Made by a program: the position numbers and the translations under genes. A stretch of DNA of 63,007 nucleotides. Origin: Candidatus Berkelbacteria bacterium (GTDB taxonomy: Bacteria; Patescibacteriota; UBA1384; 2-12-FULL-50-11). Location: the NCBI GenBank assembly GCA_016213365.1, contig JACRAP010000015.1, positions 1 to 63,007 of the forward strand, in the 5' to 3' direction. Positions 18,956 to 31,331 of this stretch are shown here, piece after piece. The notes under the pieces were generated by a model. That model ran no database searches, was not told the origin of the DNA, and saw only the letters and a program-made list of their open reading frames with translations. Position 1 is the stretch's first letter; each line of letters starts with the position of its first letter.

Positions 18956-21489
18956 TATTTTTCTTCCGGCGTTGTTTCTTCGGACTGCGACTCTTCAACT
19001 ACAGTCATAGTACTAACTTTGTCGGTTCCGTTTAAGCGAATTAGAATTACTCCGCTTGCTTGGCGAGACAACGCTTTAACTGATTCTACCGTTATTCTAA
19101 TTACTTGACCAGAAGTAGTGCTAATAATTATGTCGCGTGAGTTCTGATCGATCACCGCTCCGCTGACTAATTTTCCAGTTTTATCGTTAAGTTTTGCGAT
19201 CCTAATGCCCAGTCCGCCGCGATGTTGATTGCGGAATTCTTTAACCACCACTTTTTTACCGATGCCGTTTTCACTAATTACGCAAACCGCTTGTGAGCTT
19301 TGGGCTAGTACTGCCGTTTCAATAACTTCGTCCTTGTCTTTTAGGTTTATTCCGCGAACACCCGAGGCGTTTCGACCCATCGAACGTACTTCTGATTCGT
19401 TATAAACAATTACTTGGCCGTTACGGGTAATGTGTGCGACTTCATCTGAGCCGCTAGTTTGCTTCACCCACATCAACTGATCGGTTCCTTTTAGTGCCAC
19501 TGCGGTAACGCCGCTCTTTCGAACATTTTCAAACGAAGTTCTTTCAACTCTTTTAACTACGCCCATTTTGGTGGCGAAGAAGAAATGGCTGAATTGGTCT
19601 TTTTGAGTGAAGGCAACCATCGTTGTAACTTTTTCGTCGCCGTCGATGCGAATTACGTTTGGCAGAGCCACGCCCTTACTTTGTCGGGTTGCGGCTGGAA
19701 TATCGTATGCCTTAACTTTAAAAGCGCGACCTTGATTAGTGAAAAATAAAATATCGTCGTGAGTAGAAGCAAAAATCATATCCATCACCGCGTCGTCTTC
19801 CCGGGTGGTCATACCAATTACGCCCTTACCGCCACGCGATTGGCTACGATAGGTATCGATCGTTAAACGTTTAATATAGTTATTGGTTGTAATACTAATA
19901 AGCACCGTTTCTTCTGGGATCAAATCTAGCGCTGTCATTTGTCCTAACGCCTCGTGTTTAATTTCGGTGCGTCGCTCTGACGAGTACTTTTCTTTCATCT
20001 CAAGTAATTCGTCACGAATAATCTGCTCAATTCTCTCTGGCTTTGCTAATATGTCCTCTAAATCAGCGATTAACTTCATCACCGCGTCGTACTCGTCGTA
20101 GATTTTCTGTCGTTCAAGGTTAGCGAGTTGCGACAATCGCATATCCAAAATTGCGTTTGCCTGAATTTCAGTAAGCTGATAGGTCTGCATAAGCGCAACT
20201 TTGGCGGCATCGCGATTCTCGGATTTTCTAATTAAGCTAATGATTGCGTCTAAATGATCCAGCGCAATTTTTAGACCTTCTAAGACATGAGCTCTAGCTT
20301 TTGCAATTTTTAAGTCGTATTCGGTGCGACGAGTAACGACATCTGTTCTATGACCCAAAAATTCAGTTAAAATTTCAGCAAGATTTAATAGTTTTGGCTG
20401 GATACCGTCAACAAGCGCAACCATATTGTAGTGAACAACAGTTTGTAATTCCGTTAAGTCGTAGAGTTGGTTTAAGATTTTACTTGAAGGGGCATTGGTT
20501 TTAAGTTCAATTACCACCCTAACGCCTTCTTTTCGATCTGATTCGTCGCGAATATCGCTAATGCCTTCAATTTTCTTAACTTTAACTAATTCTGCCACGT
20601 GCGTAATAAAACCAGCTTTATTAACTTGATACGGCAGTTCAGTAATTAAAATAATTTCGCGCTTTTTATCTTCAACAATCTCGGCTCTGCCGCGGACAAT
20701 TACACGGCCACGTCCAGTTGAAAACGCCTCTTTAATATCGTTGATGTTGTAAGCAATTCCACCAGTTGGAAAATCTGGCCCATTTATCACTTCGATCAAC
20801 TCATCAACTCCGGCGGTTGGATTTTTTTGTAACAATAAGAGCGCGTCGATTACTTCGATCGGATTATGGGTTGGCACATTAGTTGCCATACCAACTGCAA
20901 TACCTTGTGAGCCGTTAATTAATAAGTTTGGTAAACGCGTTGGTAAAACTACTGGTTCTTGTTGGGTACCGTCGTAGTTTTCTCGAAATTCAACTGTTTC
21001 CTTTTCGATATCTTGAAGCAGTGCGCTTGCAACTGAAGATAATCTGGCTTCGGTGTAACGCATCGCCGCCGGGGAGTCGCCGTCCATGGAACCAAAGTTC
21101 CCCTGCCCATCAACTAGCGGTAAGCGTAAACTCCACCACTGCGCCATTCGCACCATCGAGTCGTAAACTGCACTATCGCCGTGCGGGTGGTACAAACCAA
21201 GTACCTGACCGGTAATTTTTGCTGATTTTTGATGTTTGGCGGTATGTCCCAAATTCATTTGGTTCATAGTGTAAAGAATTCGGCGGTGAACTGGCTTTAA
21301 GCCGTCGCGAACGTCTGGTAGGGCGCGCGAAACGATAACGCTCATGGCGTAGTCTAAATAGCTATCAGTCATTTCGTTAACGATGGAGCGCGAACGAATT
21401 AAACCAAAGTCGGTTTTTTCGTCCATAACTTCGCTACTTTGGGGTAGTTCTTCGGTTGTTTCTTCTTGTGGTAATTGCGTTTCTTCCAT
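18955..21489 (-). CDS. gyrA: DNA gyrase subunit A
   Basis: 844 aa with [31 protein letters not shown] (catalytic Tyr) and C-terminal beta-pinwheel repeats. Confidence 0.97.
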   Translation of the reverse strand: MEETQLPQEETTEELPQSSEVMDEKTDFGLIRSRSIVNEMTDSYLDYAMSVIVSRALPDVRDGLKPVHRRILYTMNQMNLGHTAKHQKSAKITGQVLGLYHPHGDSAVYDSMVRMAQWWSLRLPLVDGQGNFGSMDGDSPAAMRYTEARLSSVASALLQDIEKETVEFRENYDGTQQEPVVLPTRLPNLLINGSQGIAVGMATNVPTHNPIEVIDALLLLQKNPTAGVDELIEVINGPDFPTGGIAYNINDIKEAFSTGRGRVIVRGRAEIVEDKKREIILITELPYQVNKAGFITHVAELVKVKKIEGISDIRDESDRKEGVRVVIELKTNAPSSKILNQLYDLTELQTVVHYNMVALVDGIQPKLLNLAEILTEFLGHRTDVVTRRTEYDLKIAKARAHVLEGLKIALDHLDAIISLIRKSENRDAAKVALMQTYQLTEIQANAILDMRLSQLANLERQKIYDEYDAVMKLIADLEDILAKPERIEQIIRDELLEMKEKYSSERRTEIKHEALGQMTALDLIPEETVLISITTNNYIKRLTIDTYRSQSRGGKGVIGMTTREDDAVMDMIFASTHDDILFFTNQGRAFKVKAYDIPAATRQSKGVALPNVIRIDGDEKVTTMVAFTQKDQFSHFFFATKMGVVKRVERTSFENVRKSGVTAVALKGTDQLMWVKQTSGSDEVAHITRNGQVIVYNESEVRSMGRNASGVRGINLKDKDEVIETAVLAQSSQAVCVISENGIGKKVVVKEFRNQHRGGLGIRIAKLNDKTGKLVSGAVIDQNSRDIIISTTSGQVIRITVESVKALSRQASGVILIRLNGTDKVSTMTVVEESQSEETTPEEK

Positions 21490-21491
21490 TT

Positions 21492-21593
21492 TTAACTATC
21501 TATATTTTGAGCGCTTGTTGCACGGCTCTGAATCGTCGGCTTTGCCTCCGGTTCATCGCTGTTTATATACTTCGGGTAATTTGAATAATTCAT
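21492..21593 (-). CDS. 33-codon ORF between gyrB and gyrA whose C-terminus duplicates the GyrB tail
   Basis: [33 protein letters not shown]. Its ATG is 2 nt after the gyrB stop and its stop is 2 nt before the gyrA ATG. GyrB ends ..[14 protein letters not shown]. Confidence 0.3.
   Translation of the reverse strand: MNYSNYPKYINSDEPEAKPTIQSRATSAQNIDS
21498..21521. repeat. 24-nt perfect direct repeat, copy 1 (duplicated gyrB 3' end)
   Basis: ATCTATATTTTGAGCGCTTGTTGC is identical to 21602-21625. Similarity extends about 12 nt further, imperfectly. Confidence 0.9.
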
Positions 21594-21595
21594 GG

Positions 21596-23539
<1,944 letters not shown>

Positions 23540-23665
23540 TTAATTCACCATACCATATATTTTGAGTTTTACCAAGTTAAATTTGGCGCGGGTATCGCGT
23601 CAAACTCGTCCGACCCTAAGAGTAAGACAACAACGTGAATACCCGCATTTTCGAAGCTACTATGC

Positions 23666-24769
23666 TTATGAATTTTTTGCAACTATTTCGCTAATTTTTT
23701 GTTTAAATTTAGCGATATCAAACTTTTTTGCATGATTTCGAATAAACTTTGGATCGAAATTAGTATTTTTAAATTTATGTATTGCCTCGATTAACGACTC
23801 TTCTGATTGCTCGTTAAATAAGATACCCGTTTTCCTGTTAATTACCGATTCGAGCGCGCCACCTTTTGCAAAAGCTATAACCGGCCGCCCAGATGCCATA
23901 CTTTCAAGCGGGGTTAAACCAGCATCTTCTATTTGTGGGAAGATTAGCGCTTGGGCCTTAGAATAAATATCGGCAATTTCCTTGTCGTATAAGCTACCTA
24001 AGAATTTTACCGTCGGACCGGCAATTTTTTGCAATCTCTCTTTATCGCTACCCTCGCCTATAATTTTTAGGTTAATTCCTAATTTATTTGCGGCCCGAAT
24101 GGCAAGTTCGGTACTTTTATACGGCTCTAGGCGCGCAACCACTAAAAAATAGTCCTCAATTTTGCTAGATATTTTAAATTTTGCCGTGTCTACTGGTGGG
24201 AAAATTACCGCGTCAACGTCACGTTTATAATATTTCTTTATTTTTGTTGCGATAAATTTTGAATTTGCAATTAGTACGTCGGGTCGTTTACTCGCTTTAA
24301 AATCCCATTTCTTTAGTTTATTTAATAACGCCCTCACTATTGGCCGTCCAATTATCGGTAACGGAATTTTTGCATCTGCAAAATACTGCTGTTCGTCGCT
24401 GGTTAGATATCTAGTTGGTGTGTGCATATAGCAAATATGTTTTGTTTTTTTGCTGGTTTTAACTCCCTTACTAAATGCTGAGGAGTCCGATAAAACGATG
24501 TCGTAACAACTAAAATCAAACGACTCAGCGGCTTTAGGCATAAGATAGAAATAATACTTTAATTTTGAAGGCATACCCGGATAGTTTTGCAGAAAACTGG
24601 GTATTACCATTTTCCCGGGCAGAAATTTATGAACTACTTGCTGGTCTTTCACCAATACATAAATCGGCGCTTCTGGGAAAATTTCGCTGAAAGTTTTAAG
24701 CACACGTTCGGCGCCGCCCCACTGCGTAAACGAATCGTGCACCAGCGCAATCTTAATTTTCTTGGTCAT
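23666..24769 (-). CDS. glycosyltransferase, GT4/GT-B family
   Basis: 367 aa with the C-terminal E-x7-E region ..FPQIEDAGLTPLESMASGRPVIA. Confidence 0.8.
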   Translation of the reverse strand: MTKKIKIALVHDSFTQWGGAERVLKTFSEIFPEAPIYVLVKDQQVVHKFLPGKMVIPSFLQNYPGMPSKLKYYFYLMPKAAESFDFSCYDIVLSDSSAFSKGVKTSKKTKHICYMHTPTRYLTSDEQQYFADAKIPLPIIGRPIVRALLNKLKKWDFKASKRPDVLIANSKFIATKIKKYYKRDVDAVIFPPVDTAKFKISSKIEDYFLVVARLEPYKSTELAIRAANKLGINLKIIGEGSDKERLQKIAGPTVKFLGSLYDKEIADIYSKAQALIFPQIEDAGLTPLESMASGRPVIAFAKGGALESVINRKTGILFNEQSEESLIEAIHKFKNTNFDPKFIRNHAKKFDIAKFKQKISEIVAKNS

Positions 24770-24836
24770 TTATTAATAAATTGTACAACAAAATCCGCAT
24801 TGCTGCGGATCTTGTTGAAGCTGACAAACAGCTAAA

Positions 24837-25037
24837 CTAACCTTTCTTCAACATTGGGAGACCTGTTCGTGCGTTTTCCATTACCACGTAACCGGCTGGA
24901 ACTGCATCAAGAGATCCGTCACGAACGTCCTGGGCGAAGAAATAAATGGTCTGTTCTCGTCCACCACGTAGAGTAACTTTTTTGTGGTGCAAGTAATAAG
25001 TCTTGCCCGACTTTTTTGACTGTGTGCTAAATGCCAT
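24837..25037 (-). CDS. small conserved-looking hypothetical protein (66 aa)
   Basis: MAFSTQSKKSGKTYYLHHKKVTLRGGREQTIYFFA..GLPMLKKG. A strong SD, GGGAGGTG, precedes ATG 25037. The track start at 25058 is a TTG extension. Confidence 0.55.
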   Translation of the reverse strand: MAFSTQSKKSGKTYYLHHKKVTLRGGREQTIYFFAQDVRDGSLDAVPAGYVVMENARTGLPMLKKG

Positions 25038-25180
25038 TTCTTTCACCTCCCTTCCCAAATTATTATAAATTCATTACCTGTACGTACCTAATATATTAGT
25101 AAATACCTGAAACCTATCTGTCAAGTTTTTATTACTGCTAAATATATTTTTAACCATATATACGTTATAATTACGCAGTA

Positions 25181-27169
25181 ATGAAATTCGATATTTCAAC
25201 CGATTTAAAACCAGCTGGCGATCAACCGAAAGCGATTTCGGCGCTTGTTGGGGGCTTGAAAAACAAAAAAAACAAACAGACCTTACTTGGAGTAACTGGT
25301 TCGGGTAAAACCTACACAATCGCAAACGTAATCCAACAAGTCCAAAAACCAACTTTGGTTATCGCTCATAATAAAACCTTGGCCGCACAACTAACTAGCG
25401 AATTTCGCAAATTCTTTCCTAAAAACGCCGTCGAATACTTTGTGAGTTACTACGATTATTATCAGCCAGAAGCGTATATGCCAAATAGCGATACCTATAT
25501 CGAGAAAGAAGCGCAAATTAACGACGAAATCGACAGATTGCGCCACGCCGCCACCCAAGCGCTACTTAGTAGGAAAGATGTAATTATTGTCGCATCTGTT
25601 TCGTGTATTTACGGCCTAGGTTCAGCCGAGGAATACCAAAAAGCAACGATTGTTTTAACAAAAGATGCGCCGATTAACAGAGAAGAAATTATCGATAAAC
25701 TAATTTTTCTACAGTATCAAAGAAACGACCTCGAATTATCGCGCGGTACATTTAGACTTCGCGGCGGAATTTTAGAGATAATGCCGGCTAATAGCGAACG
25801 AGTTACTAGAATTTCGATGTTTGGCGACACAATTGAAAAAATTGAAGAAATCGATCCAGTTACTAACATGGTACTTGATGAGTTGCGCTTTTGCGTAATA
25901 TACCCCAGTAAGCACTTCGTAACTCCGCCCGAGCAAATTGAGAGCGCTTTAAAATCTATTAAAACTGAACTCGACGAACAATTGGCAAAACTAGAAAAAG
26001 AAAAAAAATTACTTGAGTACGAACGACTAAAGCGCCGCACCGCTTACGATATGGAAATGATTCGCGAGATCGGCTACTGCAACGGTATCGAGAACTACTC
26101 AAGGCATTTCGACGGTCGTCAGCCGGGCGAATCCCCGAACACTCTAATGGACTATTTTCCTAAAGACTTTCTGATGGTTATCGACGAATCGCACGTCACA
26201 ATCCCTCAAATTAACGGTATGTATAACGGCGATCGGGCTAGAAAAGATATTTTAGTGGAACACGGCTTTCGCTTGCCGTCGGCGCGCGATAATCGACCGC
26301 TCAAATTTAACGAATTTGAACAAAAAATTAACCAACTAATATTCACTTCTGCGACTCCTGGACCTTACGAAATGCAAAATAGCCAACAAGTTGTTGAGCA
26401 AATTATTCGCCCAACCGGCTTACTTGATCCCGAAATAGTGATCAAGCCGCTTGAAAATCAAGTGGAAGATTTAATTAGTGAAATCGATAAACGAGTAATA
26501 AAAGAAGAGAGAACGCTTGTAACAACGTTAACTAAAAAGATGGCGGAACAGTTGGCGGAGTTTTTACAGGAAAAAAATTACAAAGTCCGATATTTGCATA
26601 GCGGTATCGAAACACTAGAGCGAGTGGAGATACTTCGTGATTTACGAAAAGGAATTTTTGATATCTTAATCGGTGTAAACCTGTTAAGAGAAGGGTTGGA
26701 TCTGCCAGAAGTTTCGCTGGTTTCAATCTTAGACGCCGATAAAGAAGGGTTCTTACGTAGCGAGCGAAGTTTAATTCAAACTATCGGCCGCGCCGCCCGA
26801 AATGTACAGGGGCAAGTAATACTATACGCTGATAAAATTACCGACTCGATGCAAAAAGCCATTTTTGAAACTAATCGGCGCCGCAAAATTCAAGCCGAGT
26901 ATAATCAAAAACACGGAATAACCCCACAAACTATCAGTAAAGAGATTACTAGCATTATCGAGCGCGAATTAAGCGAATCGGTTGGTTTAGACAAAATCGA
27001 GAAAGAATTAGCCAAAGGTAATATTGACGCGATGATTAAAGACAAGGAACGGCAAATGAAGCTAGCGGCACAAGAATTGCAATTTGAGCTTGCGGCGATT
27101 CTGCGCGACGAAGTGATAAAGTTGAAAAAAATGCAAAAGGAAAGAAAAGATTTAACGGATTGGAAATGA
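25181..27169 (+). CDS. uvrB: excinuclease ABC subunit B
   Basis: 662 aa with [12 protein letters not shown] and the C-terminal UVR motif ..[13 protein letters not shown]. Confidence 0.97.
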   Translation: MKFDISTDLKPAGDQPKAISALVGGLKNKKNKQTLLGVTGSGKTYTIANVIQQVQKPTLVIAHNKTLAAQLTSEFRKFFPKNAVEYFVSYYDYYQPEAYMPNSDTYIEKEAQINDEIDRLRHAATQALLSRKDVIIVASVSCIYGLGSAEEYQKATIVLTKDAPINREEIIDKLIFLQYQRNDLELSRGTFRLRGGILEIMPANSERVTRISMFGDTIEKIEEIDPVTNMVLDELRFCVIYPSKHFVTPPEQIESALKSIKTELDEQLAKLEKEKKLLEYERLKRRTAYDMEMIREIGYCNGIENYSRHFDGRQPGESPNTLMDYFPKDFLMVIDESHVTIPQINGMYNGDRARKDILVEHGFRLPSARDNRPLKFNEFEQKINQLIFTSATPGPYEMQNSQQVVEQIIRPTGLLDPEIVIKPLENQVEDLISEIDKRVIKEERTLVTTLTKKMAEQLAEFLQEKNYKVRYLHSGIETLERVEILRDLRKGIFDILIGVNLLREGLDLPEVSLVSILDADKEGFLRSERSLIQTIGRAARNVQGQVILYADKITDSMQKAIFETNRRRKIQAEYNQKHGITPQTISKEITSIIERELSESVGLDKIEKELAKGNIDAMIKDKERQMKLAAQELQFELAAILRDEVIKLKKMQKERKDLTDWK

Positions 27170-27195
27170 CGAGCCAGCTACTTGCCTGGCTCGTC
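27168..27195 (+). terminator. 10-bp perfect hairpin at the uvrB stop (weak U tract)
   Basis: GACGAGCCAG, CTACTTGC loop, CTGGCTCGTC. Confidence 0.4.
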
Positions 27196-27313
27196 GTCGA
27201 TTTCCCCTTCTTTCAGCTCCCTATCAGGGTTGATTATCCCCGAGAGGGTATCGGGAAGTTTCAGAGTGTCGGTTTCTAAACCGACTTGTTCTTCATCCTT
27301 ATATCGTGGATCT

Positions 27314-28271
27314 TTAGGACCCATCTTCACCTCCTTGTTGATCTAACTCGCACGATCCGATGAAATCGATTGCTTCTCTCCAGTCATCGGGTTCTGATAA
27401 ACCAACGTGTGATATTTTAACCCATACAGGTGAAAAGTCAAGTGATTCTCCTCCGAAAGTACTGTCAACTGCAGCGCTAAAACGTGTTAACTTTTCCCAG
27501 TCAAGTGTTTCCTTTGTGTCTAATCTACCTAAGTGGGAAGGGTCGTCGTATATCTCAATCCCATCTTCGCTGGATCTAACAGATTTAATTTGAGCCAGTT
27601 TATAGTTAGTTTTTCCTGAAGTATCACCGCTTTTTGAAAAAATTAAATCAACTTTATGTTTAACATCATCATCAGTCTCTGGAAGCCATGCCCTATATCC
27701 ATTATTAGTTAAGAATTTTGTTGCAGCAGTTGCGCCAAACACTCCCGAGACGAGTTTTCCAACCGTTTCTTTTGCTGTGATAGGATTACTATCAAGTTTT
27801 CTTGTAGATTTATCTACAAAATAATAAAAGAAGTCTAGCAATCTTCGGTCGTCTATTGGGGAAATCTTCAGATTAGAAAATCTAGTTAAAGCGGCAATTG
27901 CACTTGCCTGCCATCCTGCAGATGCTTCTATCGCTCCTGTCTGTTGGATTTCAATATTAGGATTTTGTAACGATAAATATCCTGAATTTAGCTCCCCAAA
28001 CATTTGATTAATAGAATTTAGAACAAACCTTTCTTCTCCTGAATATTTTTTTTTCAATTGCAATTTTATTAGTATCGGAATACGCTTTTAGATTTTCAGC
28101 ATAATTATTCCAATTACTCTCATTTTCGGTTGAGAAATTAATTAAATAACCTGTAATTATTTGCAGAGCGTTATACTTGAGTAATTTTTTACGTTCAATA
28201 GAAAGCTCTAATTTATTATTTACTTGCTGCCCAAATTCAATCGAACCTCTCTCTGCAGACAAAATTGTCAT
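27314..28271 (-). pseudogene. hypothetical protein with a C-terminal Mrr-like (PD-D/ExK type, D..QxK) nuclease-fold motif; reading frame broken at an A9 tract
   Basis: ORFs 28008-28376 and 27314-28063 join in frame if the A9 run (28046-28054) is A8: ..NKIAIEKK|KYSGEERF... Motif: GVFGATAATKFLTNNGYRAW..DDDVKHKVDLIF..(13)..YKLAQIKSV. Confidence 0.5.
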
Positions 28272-28334
28272 ATAATTATGATAACATTTTTTATTTGTTA
28301 CTTTTTTCGGGAATTGTTTGGTAAAATATGCTTT

Positions 28335-31157
28335 ATGGGCGAAGATAAGATTTTCATTAAAGGTGCGCGTGAGCATAATTTAAAAAATATTGATTTAGAG
28401 ATTCCGCGCAACAAACTAATTGTGTTTACTGGGCTTTCGGGTTCCGGTAAATCTTCGCTGGCTTTTGACACGATTTACGCCGAGGGTCAACGCCGCTATA
28501 TGGAGTCGCTCTCGAGTTACGCGCGTCAATTTTTGGGCCAAATGGAAAAGCCAGATGTGGATTACATCGAAGGATTATCCCCTGCCATCTCTATCGATCA
28601 AAAAACGGTGTCGCACAATCCCCGCTCCACGGTTGGAACTGTTACCGAAATTTACGATTACTTACGTTTACTTTTTGCCAGAATCGGCGTGCCGTACTGT
28701 CCTAAATGCGGTCGGCCGATTAGTCGCCAGACCGTCGATCAGATGGTTGATTTAGTAAGTAGCATCGAAAACGGCAGTCAAATTACAATCTTTGCGCCGG
28801 TTGTACGCGGTCGAAAAGGCGAATATCACCAGTTACTTTACGATTTATTTAAGGGTGGGTTCGGCTCGGCGCGCATAAACGGTGAGATTAAAAATCTTTC
28901 CGAACGAATTGAGCTTGATCGCTACAAAGCCCACAATATCGAGGTTTTAATCGATCGGTTAGTGGCCGGCCAAAGCTCAAGAATTCGTTTAACCGAAGCG
29001 ATCGAAACTGCGCTTAAAATAGGTAAAGGAATGGTGATGGTCGCTGTAGGCGATAAATCGGACGAAATATTACTTAGCGAAGAATTATCGTGCCCTTACG
29101 ACGGTTTTTCACTAGGCGAAATCTCGCCGCGATCGTTTTCTTTCAACAGTCCTTACGGCGCCTGCGAAGATTGCCACGGGCTTGGCTTTAAAAAAGATAT
29201 CGCCTTGGAGCTGGTTATCCCAGATAAAAACTTAACCATCGAAGAGGGTGCAATTTTACCGTGGACGTATAGTCCAACTAATTATTACGGTGTACTGCTA
29301 AAAAATTTGGCAAGTTATTTTGAGTTACCGATCGACAAACCGATTAATAAACTTGACGAAGGGAAAATAAATAAAATACTTTACGGCGTCGGCGCACCGA
29401 TAAAACTTCAACTAAAATATTTTTCCAACGGCTCGCCGCAATTCTTTAACGTTTGGTTTAGGGGGCTAATCCCCCATTTGGAAACTCGATATCGCGAAAC
29501 CGAATCTGATAGCGTTCGCGAAGAAATCGAACAGTATATGCTTACCAACAAATGTACAACCTGTAACGGCGCGCGTTTAAAACAAGATGCGTTAATTATT
29601 CAGGTTGGCAAAAGAAACATCGCTGAAGTTTCGGCGCTTTCAATTAACGAAGCGCTGTCGTTTTTTAAATCGATTAAATTAAATAATCGCGAACAAATGA
29701 TCGCCGATAAAGTTTTATACGAAATTACTAATCGCTTAGAATTCTTAGCAAAAGTTGGGCTTAGCTACCTAACCTTAAATAGAAGTGCAACAACATTAGC
29801 TGGCGGCGAAGCTCAAAGAATTCGTTTAGCATCTCAAATCGGTTCGGCGCTTGTTGGAATTTTATACGTATTAGATGAACCGACAATTGGTTTACATCCA
29901 ACCGATAACGCCAAGCTGATAGAAACCCTAAAGCGGCTACGTGATTTGGGTAATACAGTGATAGTAGTTGAACACGACGAAGAAACAATGAAAGCCGCTG
30001 ATTACTTAGTTGATATCGGGCCAGGGGCGGGCGAACACGGCGGAAATATTGTTGCCGCTGGAACCTACGACGAAGTTCTAAAAAGCCCAAATTCAATTAC
30101 TGCGCCGTATTTAAACGGTAGTAAAACAATATTAATTCCAAAACGCAGAGAAATTAAAAAACTTCACCCATCAATTGTCGTTAACGGCGCCTCGGAAAAT
30201 AACTTAAAAAGTATCACTGCCAGTTTTCCGCTCTCTCGCTTAACTGTTGTTACCGGAGTTTCTGGTTCGGGTAAATCTACTTTAATTAGCGAGATTTTAA
30301 GTAAGGCCGTGCACAAAAGATTAGGGTTAAAAACTCCTCAACCCGGTAAACATGCATCAATATTAGGCGTTGAGCATATCGATAAATTAATTGAAATCGA
30401 TCAATCTCCGATCGGTCGTACGCCCAGATCCAATCCCGTAACTTACACGAAATCGTTTGATTTTATCCGAGCGCTATTTGCTTCTTCGCCCGCCGCCAGA
30501 AGTCGCGGTTATAAAGCCGGCCGTTTTAGTTTTAACGTTACTGGTGGACGCTGTGAAAACTGCCAAGGCGACGGTCAGATAAAAATTGAAATGAATTTTT
30601 TGCCAGATGTTTATATTACTTGCGACGTCTGTAAGGGCACAAGGTATAACCGAGAAACGCTTGAGGTATTATGGAAAGGCAAAAATATCAGCCAAGTATT
30701 AAATATGACAATCGATGAAGCGCTGGAGTTTTTTGAAGCGATCCCGAATTTAGCGAATAAACTTAAAACTCTTCAGAAAGTTGGTCTTGGTTATATTCGG
30801 CTAGGACAAAGTGCGCCAACGCTTTCTGGTGGCGAGGCACAGCGAATAAAACTTGCCGCCGAGTTAGCACGCAGCTCAACTGGTAAAACATTGTATATTC
30901 TCGATGAACCTACAACTGGCTTACACTTTGCCGACGTTGAAAAATTATTAGGAGTGCTCCAAGAATTAGTTAATCGCGGCAACACCGTTGTAATAATTGA
31001 GCATAATTTAGACGTAATAAAATCGGCCGACTGGATTATTGATCTTGGCCCAGGTGGCGGCGAATACGGCGGTAAGGTTGTGGCAAAAGGTACTCCAGAA
31101 GACGTAGCGGGCGTGAAAACATCGCTAACAGGAGGGGTATTAAAGAATATTTTATAA
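28335..31157 (+). CDS. uvrA: excinuclease ABC subunit A (copy 1)
   Basis: 940 aa from ATG 28335: [19 protein letters not shown].. with [14 protein letters not shown], two ABC modules and LSGGEAQR twice. The track start at 28224 is an upstream extension. Confidence 0.96.
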   Translation: MGEDKIFIKGAREHNLKNIDLEIPRNKLIVFTGLSGSGKSSLAFDTIYAEGQRRYMESLSSYARQFLGQMEKPDVDYIEGLSPAISIDQKTVSHNPRSTVGTVTEIYDYLRLLFARIGVPYCPKCGRPISRQTVDQMVDLVSSIENGSQITIFAPVVRGRKGEYHQLLYDLFKGGFGSARINGEIKNLSERIELDRYKAHNIEVLIDRLVAGQSSRIRLTEAIETALKIGKGMVMVAVGDKSDEILLSEELSCPYDGFSLGEISPRSFSFNSPYGACEDCHGLGFKKDIALELVIPDKNLTIEEGAILPWTYSPTNYYGVLLKNLASYFELPIDKPINKLDEGKINKILYGVGAPIKLQLKYFSNGSPQFFNVWFRGLIPHLETRYRETESDSVREEIEQYMLTNKCTTCNGARLKQDALIIQVGKRNIAEVSALSINEALSFFKSIKLNNREQMIADKVLYEITNRLEFLAKVGLSYLTLNRSATTLAGGEAQRIRLASQIGSALVGILYVLDEPTIGLHPTDNAKLIETLKRLRDLGNTVIVVEHDEETMKAADYLVDIGPGAGEHGGNIVAAGTYDEVLKSPNSITAPYLNGSKTILIPKRREIKKLHPSIVVNGASENNLKSITASFPLSRLTVVTGVSGSGKSTLISEILSKAVHKRLGLKTPQPGKHASILGVEHIDKLIEIDQSPIGRTPRSNPVTYTKSFDFIRALFASSPAARSRGYKAGRFSFNVTGGRCENCQGDGQIKIEMNFLPDVYITCDVCKGTRYNRETLEVLWKGKNISQVLNMTIDEALEFFEAIPNLANKLKTLQKVGLGYIRLGQSAPTLSGGEAQRIKLAAELARSSTGKTLYILDEPTTGLHFADVEKLLGVLQELVNRGNTVVIIEHNLDVIKSADWIIDLGPGGGEYGGKVVAKGTPEDVAGVKTSLTGGVLKNIL

Positions 31158-31164
31158 AAAAGGA

Positions 31165-31296
31165 GGGCCCAACGCGAAGCAGTTTGCGTGGGCCCTGGGT
31201 TGCCGGGCGGGCGTATGGAGTTTGGTCGCCCATGTTCGGATCACCGGAGTCGAGAGAGTACCTCTACCTTCCGTGGCGGGGCTGTGACTTCCGAAC
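31165..31296 (+). ncRNA. GC-rich structured intergenic module (family unassigned), related to 2336-2420
   Basis: Hairpin GGGCCCA..TGGGCCC (31165-31195). Shared 11-mer TTTGGTCGCCC at 31221-31231. Nested helix GTTCGGATCAC (31234-31244) / GTGACTTCCGAAC (31284-31296). Confidence 0.3.
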
Positions 31297-31331
31297 AGCT
31301 AATAGTTTACTGGTGTTATAATTAATTGTCA

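Noticed and set aside
28224-28334. Long N-terminal extensions in the ORF track: uvrA from 28224, priA from 53649, clp-like from 49719, MBL from 36276 and KH from 47235.
   Set aside because: The extensions overlap neighbouring genes, are not conserved-looking, and are followed by internal ATGs that match canonical N-termini, often with ATGA/TAATG coupling.
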